Shown here one piece after another: positions 8,062-14,822 of a stretch of 39,474 nt of DNA (the stretch's first letter is position 1; every line of letters starts with the position of its first letter). Both the position numbers and the translations under genes were made by a program. The notes under the pieces are model-generated. The model was given only the letters and a program-made list of their open reading frames with translations, had not been told where the DNA came from and did not search any database. The DNA lies in assembly GCA_964611235.1 (NCBI GenBank), contig CAZSWH010000001.1:1-39474 (forward strand), written 5' to 3'. The DNA is from Candidatus Woesearchaeota archaeon (GTDB lineage Archaea; Nanobdellota; Nanobdellia; Pacearchaeales; GW2011-AR1).

Positions 8062-8086
8062 TTGCTCGCCAGAAATCGAACCGAGG
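8062..8086 (-). other. degenerate tRNA T-arm/acceptor fragment
   Basis: 8067..8082 (CGCCAGAAATCGAACC) matches tRNA-Ser 12800..12815 (CGCCAGGAATCGAACC) at 15/16 positions. The T-stem cannot pair and there is no 5' half. Confidence 0.5.
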
Positions 8087-8112
8087 TTTAATTCTTTATT
8101 TCGTGACCTTAG

Positions 8113-8123
8113 ACGCCCACGCC
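8113..8123 (-). repeat. 11-nt copy of the tRNA-Ser 3' acceptor end (att-like direct repeat)
   Basis: ACGCCCACGCC is identical to, and in the same orientation as, 12793..12803. That site comprises the first nt past the tRNA 3' end, the discriminator, the 3' acceptor strand and the first 2 nt of the T-stem of the intact tRNA-Ser gene. Confidence 0.6.
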
Positions 8124-8247
8124 GTACAGTTAGAAAAGGTTTAACGCCCTTTATTTTATCTTAACTCATTAAAGTAATCTGACTTTTTAAAATGAGACCG
8201 CTACTTGATTAGTAAAGAAGAGAAAAATTTTTTAAAGTTGTTCTATA

Positions 8248-8838
8248 TTAAAAGAAAAGATCTTTCTTTTGATATTTTTTTGTACTTTCTAAAAAATAAG
8301 CTATTTTAAATTTTAAAATATCATTCCAATAGATATTTTCTACTCTACAAACACCAAATTTATTCAATATTCCTTTAGTAAAGGTCGGAGGGACCCGAAT
8401 TACTATATTTTTTGTAATATTAATTTCAATTAACTCCCACAATTTAGTTAGATTTGGGGTGGTAAATTCTGGTCCTTTGGCATAAGTTCCATCCGAAGTA
8501 GTCCAACTTGGATCAAGAATTGCTACTTCTGCTTTAATTTTTTTAAGAAGTTGTTTGTTCAGAACATCCCCCAAGATAAATTGGGTCTTGTTTTCTATAT
8601 TATACATTTTAGCATTATTTTTAGCAGATATTATTTTTTTATTATTAATATCTATTCCATAAACTTTAGGGATTATTTTAGCCAATTGTATTGAAATGGT
8701 ACCAACCCCACAACAAAGTTCTACTGTATTATTAAATTTTCTTAATTGCTTAGCAATATGATGTGCAATTGGCTCAGGAGTGCTTATCTTTTTAGCTTCT
8801 GGATTAATTTCTATTGGTTTAGAAATTTTTAGACCCAT
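8248..8838 (-). CDS. class I SAM-dependent methyltransferase, exocyclic-amine (Tgs1/RsmD/Trm11-like) type
   Basis: Motif I is VELCCGVGTISIQLA, followed by VYGIDIN and NAKMYNI..K..FILGDV, with motif IV as AILDPSW (a variant of (D/N/S)PP(Y/F/W)). The start overlaps the stop of the 1235-aa gene by 10 nt. Confidence 0.75.
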   Translation of the reverse strand: MGLKISKPIEINPEAKKISTPEPIAHHIAKQLRKFNNTVELCCGVGTISIQLAKIIPKVYGIDINNKKIISAKNNAKMYNIENKTQFILGDVLNKQLLKKIKAEVAILDPSWTTSDGTYAKGPEFTTPNLTKLWELIEINITKNIVIRVPPTFTKGILNKFGVCRVENIYWNDILKFKIAYFLESTKKYQKKDLFF

Positions 8839-11800
8839 CTCAATTTCAAAATATCCTCTTTATTACCAATAATATCCCTAAATTGATTAAGTATTTTTTT
8901 GTCAAAGTCAAGTGAATAAATTCCTAAAAATGCAACATCAAGAGGTTTGTTGCTTTCTATTACTTTAGTTCTTACTTCCCAGTATCCCCTAAACCTTCTT
9001 TTGTATGAATTGAAATAAATGATTCTTAAAATCCCTACAATATCTTGGGCTAAAGCCTTTTCAGACTCATAAAACCATGCTGGATCTATAATCTTTATAG
9101 GGTCTTTATCATTTAATATTATGTTGTTTATGTTTAGGTCCCCATGTCCAAAACCTTCTTTATAACATTTAACAAGCTTTGAAAAAATATTTTTCAATAC
9201 TTTTGTTTCTAAATTAATCTTTGATTCCCTTAATACGTTTCCTTTAGCGTATTCTATAATATTTGCACAAAGATTTTTATCATAACCCAAATAGTTAGAA
9301 AAGAGGTTACTCACCTTAAAAAGTTTAGTTCCTAAAACATTTTCGCTTAAAAAATCCATGAGCCCGACTTTTACACATATTTTTGTTCCATTTCTAGAAA
9401 CACCATAAACAACAGAAAAGTTACCCTCTCCAGATATTTCTTCAACAACATATTCTTTATCAAATAAAATTATTTTTTGCCCAAGATATAATTCTTTATA
9501 AGAAGTAAAATTTGGCTCTGGAAAGATTGAAGAAAAGCGGGTGTATAATCTAATAAGATCTTGGGGGATTACCACCCCCCACTCTCCTGCTGAAAAAAGA
9601 ATTTTAGCTCCGATAATGTCCATTACTTTTTTTCTCATAAAACAAAAAATAATTCCATCTAACTCTCCAAGATACGTAACAAATTTATTTTTGGAAAAAA
9701 CAAAGGTAGAAGATCCTTTAAAAATTACATTTGATTTTTGAGAACCTCTTAAAAGTTCTTGGTAGCTCTCCTTTCTTCTATAATCTATTTTAGAGATTAA
9801 ACCAAAAGTGTCTTGCAATTTATTTAAAATATCTTTATTAGTGTGAAAGAAGTTTTTTAGTTCATTAGCTTTTTTAAGCAGATTTCTTTTTAATTGTCTG
9901 GTTATATAAGATTTGTTAATCTCCTTTAAAGCAAGAGATTCCAAATTTAGATTTTGAGGAAACTTTAAATTAATATTATGCTTTTTAGTAAATTCTAGAA
10001 TATCTTTAGCTTTAAGATTCTGAAAGTTTACCTCTGATAAAAAAATCTGGCAATCATTTTTTTGTTTTTTAGGGCCATTAAGCAAACCCCCAATTCTTGC
10101 AAAAATAAGATATAATATCTTTTCATCTATACTTCTGATCAGTTTTTTTGGAATCATATTTTCAAGATTTTCTTTAAAGAGGCTAAGGTTATAAATTTTA
10201 CAAATAGTGTCTATCAAGAACTCATTTGAAATGGTTTTTTTACTTGTTGTAATTTTTTCAAAAATATTTGATGGAAAACCATTATTACTGAAAACTATAT
10301 CAGTAAAAAGATTGTACCTAGAATGGTTGGTTAAAGGACTAAAATTTAAAAATTTTCTTTCTTTATCAAATTTGTCTTGATTTTGAAATACTAAGAGTCT
10401 ACAAAGATGGATAATTTTATTTTTAGAAGAGTCACAATTATCTTCTTCTTTATTCACTTGTTTTCTTGCCATTTTATAAACTTCTTTTATTATTTCATTA
10501 TTTTTCTGGATAAAGTTTCTTAAAAAATTATAAGCTTCCATAGTAACAAGATTACTATTTGATTTAAGGGATTTAAACAAAGTGGAAATATGTGGATTTT
10601 TATGTAATTTTTTTAAATATTTATAAGGACCTCTAGAAAAAATATTATTTCCAAAGCAAGTAGCTAATCTCTTTTTGATATTAGAAAGATTAATCCCTTC
10701 CAAATAGAAGTTTAAAGGTACAAACCACCCATGTTGGGGGCGACGCGTATCCCATAAAAGATATAATTTAGGATAGTTGTAATATACAATTCCTAAGTTC
10801 ATTAGAAGCTCTATTTGATTTAAAACTTTAGTTGACTCTTTTCTATTAGTATAAATATTTATCTCTGGAGCAGTTCCAAAAGGAGCAAATTTTTCTAAAA
10901 TAGCCTCCATCTTGTAAAAGAAATCCAAACTAGGCATTAAAGCAGATTTATTTTTGAAGATTACTTTTAATTCCTTTACCAAGAAATCTTTCAATCCAAT
11001 TTGGTTAAAGTTGGGGCTTAAGTTTCCCATAATTACTTTTAATTTTAATCTACTCTCATATCTCTCAAAATTTTTATTATCTGAAGGTCGTATTTCTGGA
11101 ATATTTTTATTAACAATCCCCCTAGAAATTATTTCAATTACATTGCCGTTCGGTTTAGATTTAACCTCTAGAGGTCTCTGATGAGGTTCTTTGATTGCAA
11201 GATTATTTCTGTTAAGAACAGAGCACAATCCTCTTATTACTTTTTCCTTCCTTTTATTGCTAATATTTCTATCTTGAAATAAAATCCTCATATTATCAAT
11301 ATCACTTGATTTTCTATGTAAAGCAGTCTTATAAAAAAAGGAACATGGCTTTGCCCATAGTGATATACTTTCTCTCAGATTTGCGTCTAACCCATCTAAA
11401 AATTCTTGTAATTCATCTATAATCTTTTTTTGATCTAACCATATTAGAGATTTGATTTTTGGAGCGATTTCAGAGTATTTTATTTCATATACTCTGTCTG
11501 GTAAAAAAATTCCAGCATTATCAAAATATTCTATAAATTGTTTATTTATTTGAAAAATTAGTCTTAATAGCTTAGATTCATTATCAAATTTGTCATAAAA
11601 TTCTCCAAATATATAATAATTATCAGAAAATCTTTCTTTTCTAGAAAAAAGATAATTTAATTGTTTATTCTTCGAAATAAGAATTTCAAGATATTTAATT
11701 AATTCTCCATAAAATAAGGAATCTCCAAAAAAGGAAAGATCATTAGAAAGAGAACTTCTAAAAAGAGGTGTTTGCCCATGGAATTTCTTGGAGAATAGAC

Positions 11801-12536
11801 TAAAAACTAATTTTCCTTTTAAAGCCATATAATGTGAGAGGCCACAATCAACACCAAAATATAACTGATATTGATTAATTGTTTTTATAGCTTCCTTTAG
11901 AGAATATGTGAACTTACACTTGACAAAAGGACAATTTTTTAATATAAATTCATTGATTTTATTTTTAGAGTTCTTTTGGCAAATTAATTTGATTTTAAAT
12001 CTATTAAGATCTAAAAATTCTAGAGATTTTTTAATTTCTTCTAAATTTATATCAAGCCTTTCTTCATTATTTTCTCCAACATTAAAATTGAGAATAGCAT
12101 TTTTCTTGGAAAGATTTAACTTTGGAACTTTTTGTGGAAGATAAACAAAACCAAGAAAGTTAGTTATTTCTTCTACTCTTTCTTCCTCAAAAAGAGAAGA
12201 AAATTTTCTCTCTCTATTAAAATCTTTAAACTTTATAAAAACTACTTCCTTATTCTTACTATTTCTGTAGATTTCTATAATATCACCATTAATTTTTGGT
12301 GAAGGAAGATCCTTACGTGTTAATAAGATCTTTAGACTCTTTTTACTTGAAGAACCTCTCTTCATAAAAGGAAGAAGAAGGAAATCCTCGTTTCCTTTAA
12401 AATAAATTTTCTTTCCAAATTTATGATGAATAGAGTTTATTAGGGGTAATTTAAATATCCAATCTCCTAATTTATTTGTTGATTCAACAATTTCAATAGA
12501 ATCATATTTTGATAACCAATTGTTCTTATTAAGCAT
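8829..12536 (-). CDS. 1235-aa multidomain protein: N-terminal GT9 (heptosyltransferase)-like domain, about 770 aa of unknown function, C-terminal Kdo/WaaP/RIO/Bud32-like kinase domain
   Basis: N-terminus: LGDWIFKLPLINSIHHKF and (aa 211-250) YSLKEAIKTINQYQLYFGVDCGLSHYMALKGKLVFSLFS resemble the GT9 signature. C-terminus (from aa 1032): G-loop GEGNFSVVYG, ICVKV lysine strand, catalytic GHGDLNINNIIL, then IKIIDPAW. No motif was recognised in aa 260-1030. Confidence 0.8.
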   Translation of the reverse strand: MLNKNNWLSKYDSIEIVESTNKLGDWIFKLPLINSIHHKFGKKIYFKGNEDFLLLPFMKRGSSSKKSLKILLTRKDLPSPKINGDIIEIYRNSKNKEVVFIKFKDFNRERKFSSLFEEERVEEITNFLGFVYLPQKVPKLNLSKKNAILNFNVGENNEERLDINLEEIKKSLEFLDLNRFKIKLICQKNSKNKINEFILKNCPFVKCKFTYSLKEAIKTINQYQLYFGVDCGLSHYMALKGKLVFSLFSKKFHGQTPLFRSSLSNDLSFFGDSLFYGELIKYLEILISKNKQLNYLFSRKERFSDNYYIFGEFYDKFDNESKLLRLIFQINKQFIEYFDNAGIFLPDRVYEIKYSEIAPKIKSLIWLDQKKIIDELQEFLDGLDANLRESISLWAKPCSFFYKTALHRKSSDIDNMRILFQDRNISNKRKEKVIRGLCSVLNRNNLAIKEPHQRPLEVKSKPNGNVIEIISRGIVNKNIPEIRPSDNKNFERYESRLKLKVIMGNLSPNFNQIGLKDFLVKELKVIFKNKSALMPSLDFFYKMEAILEKFAPFGTAPEINIYTNRKESTKVLNQIELLMNLGIVYYNYPKLYLLWDTRRPQHGWFVPLNFYLEGINLSNIKKRLATCFGNNIFSRGPYKYLKKLHKNPHISTLFKSLKSNSNLVTMEAYNFLRNFIQKNNEIIKEVYKMARKQVNKEEDNCDSSKNKIIHLCRLLVFQNQDKFDKERKFLNFSPLTNHSRYNLFTDIVFSNNGFPSNIFEKITTSKKTISNEFLIDTICKIYNLSLFKENLENMIPKKLIRSIDEKILYLIFARIGGLLNGPKKQKNDCQIFLSEVNFQNLKAKDILEFTKKHNINLKFPQNLNLESLALKEINKSYITRQLKRNLLKKANELKNFFHTNKDILNKLQDTFGLISKIDYRRKESYQELLRGSQKSNVIFKGSSTFVFSKNKFVTYLGELDGIIFCFMRKKVMDIIGAKILFSAGEWGVVIPQDLIRLYTRFSSIFPEPNFTSYKELYLGQKIILFDKEYVVEEISGEGNFSVVYGVSRNGTKICVKVGLMDFLSENVLGTKLFKVSNLFSNYLGYDKNLCANIIEYAKGNVLRESKINLETKVLKNIFSKLVKCYKEGFGHGDLNINNIILNDKDPIKIIDPAWFYESEKALAQDIVGILRIIYFNSYKRRFRGYWEVRTKVIESNKPLDVAFLGIYSLDFDKKILNQFRDIIGNKEDILKLRWV

Positions 12537-12793
12537 GCAAATTTAATTCTCAAATAGTTTTTAAGTATTTCTTTATTATTTTAGCCAAGATTTAATACAT
12601 TATTTGGGCGTTGGATAGAAAGTTTGGTGCCCTTATTCTTTAATTCTTAATGACATACTTAAAGTGATATATTAATAAGTTGTTATAGGTACCGTTTAAA
12701 CCCCTTATTTGCTAATCTATTTTTTTATTTCTCTTGTTGAGCAGGTTTTTGATATTTAAACCCGCCTTAAAGAGCATTACGCATTGTTTGAAA

Positions 12794-12874
12794 CGCCCAC
12801 GCCAGGAATCGAACCTGGGCGCCCCGAAGGGCCGAGATTTCCAGTCTCGTGCAATACCACTATGCGACATGGGC
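12794..12874 (-). tRNA. tRNA-Ser (anticodon GGA)
   Basis: The minus strand folds as GCCCATG TC GCA-TAGTGGTAT-TGC A CGAGA-CTGGAAA-TCTCG GCCCTTCGGGGCGC CCAGG-TTCGATT-CCTGG CGTGGGC G. It has a 7-bp acceptor stem, a long variable arm (GCCC/GGGC stem) and no encoded CCA. Confidence 0.9.
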
Positions 12875-12971
12875 ACAAAATTATAAAATTAAGAAGCTTT
12901 TAAGATTTGTGATAATTGCTTTTTATTTATAGAATTAAAAAAAATTTAGGATTTATCCAAACATTTTTAGT

Positions 12972-13280
12972 TTAATCAACCATCTCAATTTTTATTTTAA
13001 CTGTTCTCGGTATGGAAATTCGCATTATGTTATGGAGAATTTTATCATTGGAAGGAAGGTCTATTATTCTTTTATGAATTCGCATTTCAAACCTATCAAA
13101 AGTAGCTGTTCCGTCTCCGCAAGGAGATTTTCTTGTCGTCACTTTAAGTTTTTTAGTCGGCAAAGGAATCGGACCAGAAATAGGAATCCCTGCTCCGCTG
13201 GAAATAATCTTTATTTTATCGACTACATCATTTAATTTATCAATTTCTACACTTTGTAATTTAATCCTTACTTTGCTCAT
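12972..13280 (-). CDS. rps10: 30S ribosomal protein S10 (uS10)
   Basis: 102 aa. RIKL.S...D.L......I, GPIPLPTKKLKVTTRKSPCGDGT.TFDRFEMRIHKRIIDL is a typical archaeal uS10. Confidence 0.92.
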   Translation of the reverse strand: MSKVRIKLQSVEIDKLNDVVDKIKIISSGAGIPISGPIPLPTKKLKVTTRKSPCGDGTATFDRFEMRIHKRIIDLPSNDKILHNIMRISIPRTVKIKIEMVD

Positions 13281-13650
13281 TAGACATTGACAAGGATTAT
13301 ACTTTTAAATCTTACTGTATAAGATTAAATTAATTTTTAAAATTTTCTATATCCTCTTTATTTTTTTATTTAATAATATTGCTGTTTTTGAAGTTTTCTT
13401 TCAAGTGGAGAAATAAACTACTCTCACTATTATTCTTGAAAAGGATGCTTTGTTCTATTTAAAATTTCAATATTTTCACCTTTTTCTACCAAGATACTGA
13501 AAAATTATCGTGAGAATTAATAGAAAAACTTTGCTTAATCCATAAACGAACGGCAAAGAAATCAAAAATTCTTATAAAAAAGGCTAAGCAATTAGTTTCA
13601 CTCACCAAAATTTTTCAGAGGATTGAGATCATTAACTTTCAAAAAGAGAA

Positions 13651-14406
13651 TTATTTATAGAGAATTTTTGAGTCTTCTATTTTTTCATCAAATTCAATTA
13701 AAGAATAATTTTCCTTGTCTGCACTGCCAGGGTTTATTATCCTTGTTTTCCTAATTTTATCTTCACCAATATTTTCTTCTAAATGTCCACAAATAACCAT
13801 TGAGACACTTGCATTTTCAAGAGCAAATTTTAGCTTTGTAGAACCTATATGTTCCCCGGGGCTTACCGGGTTTGTTTTTGGAAGATTATCTAGTCTAATT
13901 CCAAAAGGAGGATAATGGCTAAGAAGTAAAACATTTTCATTATACTTTTTTAATTTTGAGTTTAAACTTTCATCAATTTTTCCAGGCAATGATATCTCAT
14001 CTCCTCTTCCTTTATCAAAATATCCAAATATATGTATGTTATCATGAGTAGTCCACTCATCATCTAAAAGTTTACAGTTTCTATAATTCGAGAGTATTTC
14101 TTTGAATCTATCATATTTTATTAACTCATTATTACCTCCCACAATATAAATTGGTTTTCCCAAACTTTCTAGTTTATCGCAAATATTACTAACCTTTTCA
14201 ACACCTTCTAATCTTATATTCTCTATTTCTTCCTTAGAAAAATTTTTCTCCCAATTCTTTCCATATTTAAAAAAGTAATCTCTAATCTTTTTTATATCAG
14301 CTAAATCTCCTGAAACGACTCCAAAATCAAATTTTTCTTTTTTTAGATTTTTAAATAAATTCTTTTCTGGAAATTCTCCTCCAAAAGTTAGTGCTAAAAT
14401 TCTCAT
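13651..14406 (-). CDS. calcineurin-like metallophosphoesterase family protein with degenerate metal-binding motifs
   Basis: Motifs seen: VSGDLAD (GDxxD), VGGNNE (in place of GNHE), LLSHYPP, VICGHLEE (in place of GHxH). The N-terminal D-x-H motif is absent (ALTFGGEF). Confidence 0.65.
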   Translation of the reverse strand: MRILALTFGGEFPEKNLFKNLKKEKFDFGVVSGDLADIKKIRDYFFKYGKNWEKNFSKEEIENIRLEGVEKVSNICDKLESLGKPIYIVGGNNELIKYDRFKEILSNYRNCKLLDDEWTTHDNIHIFGYFDKGRGDEISLPGKIDESLNSKLKKYNENVLLLSHYPPFGIRLDNLPKTNPVSPGEHIGSTKLKFALENASVSMVICGHLEENIGEDKIRKTRIINPGSADKENYSLIEFDEKIEDSKILYK

Positions 14407-14609
14407 ATTTCTTGAAACTTTATCTATTTTATATAATTAACTGAAAGTGCCCAACTTCTTTTTTAGAAAAGAAGAAACAAAAAAGGGTGATTTCTCTATT
14501 TTAAGGACTGGTGGTTGGGGGGTTTTAGATTCACCTTTTTCCATTTAGTATAATTTTCTATTAAGTTTTACTTTAAGAAGATTTATATACTTATAATTTA
14601 TTAATTTTT

Positions 14610-14786
14610 ATGGAAAAAGACGAGATTGAGAGAGCAGAAGAGCATGTGAAGGTTGCTGAAGAAATTGTTTTAGATACTGCAAAAAATATGAAAGGAAAAT
14701 GTAGAGAAGTTTTAGAAGACGCAGCTGTTTCACTTGAGAGGACAGAAAGCGACTTGGACGAAGTTGAAAAGAATGATTCTTGTTAA
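14610..14786 (+). CDS. 58-aa acidic helical hypothetical protein (below the ORF-track cutoff)
   Basis: ATG 14610 to TAA 14784..14786. Translation: MEKDEIERAEEHVKVAEEIVLDTAKNMKGKCREVLEDAAVSLERTESDLDEVEKNDSC. It has a protein-like charged heptad composition, same sense as and 36 nt upstream of the ATPase gene. The antisense 65-aa track ORF is low-complexity. Confidence 0.4.
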   Translation: MEKDEIERAEEHVKVAEEIVLDTAKNMKGKCREVLEDAAVSLERTESDLDEVEKNDSC

Positions 14787-14822
14787 CCAAATATTTATTA
14801 ATCAAAGTTTCTTTTCTGAAAG

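Noticed and set aside
8062-8215. A functional, intron-containing or split (Nanoarchaeum-style) tRNA half gene
   Set aside because: The T-stem candidates (CTCGG/TCTGG) do not pair. No complementary 5' acceptor strand, D-arm or anticodon arm could be found on either strand. The two fragments are also in the wrong relative order for one tRNA.
9444-11786. A defence-type enzymatic core (P-loop NTPase, helicase, HNH or PD-(D/E)xK nuclease) in the central part of the 1235-aa protein
   Set aside because: Reading the translation, I found no GxxxxGK[ST], DEAD/DExH, HNH or clear nuclease motif. The region stays unknown rather than being given a speculative label.
12694-12772. Recurrent TTTAA(A)CCC(C/G)CCTTA-like motif (12694..12710, 12754..12772, and 8139..8158) as arm-type recombinase sites
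   Set aside because: The copies are short and imperfect, and their positions relative to the att-like 11-mers are not collinear. I cannot exclude a chance match without genome-wide statistics.
14505-14522. G-run GGACTGGTGGTTGGGGGG as a G-quadruplex or regulatory element
   Set aside because: Only two-tetrad geometry is possible and it is a single occurrence. Nothing else supports a function. It is noted only because G-runs are rare in this sequence.
14608-14805. 65-aa minus-strand ORF from the track
   Set aside because: Its sequence is Leu/Ser/Gln-rich and repetitive (QLRLLKLLYIFLSYFLQYLKQFLQQ). The opposite strand encodes a more protein-like 58-aa ORF co-oriented with the ATPase.
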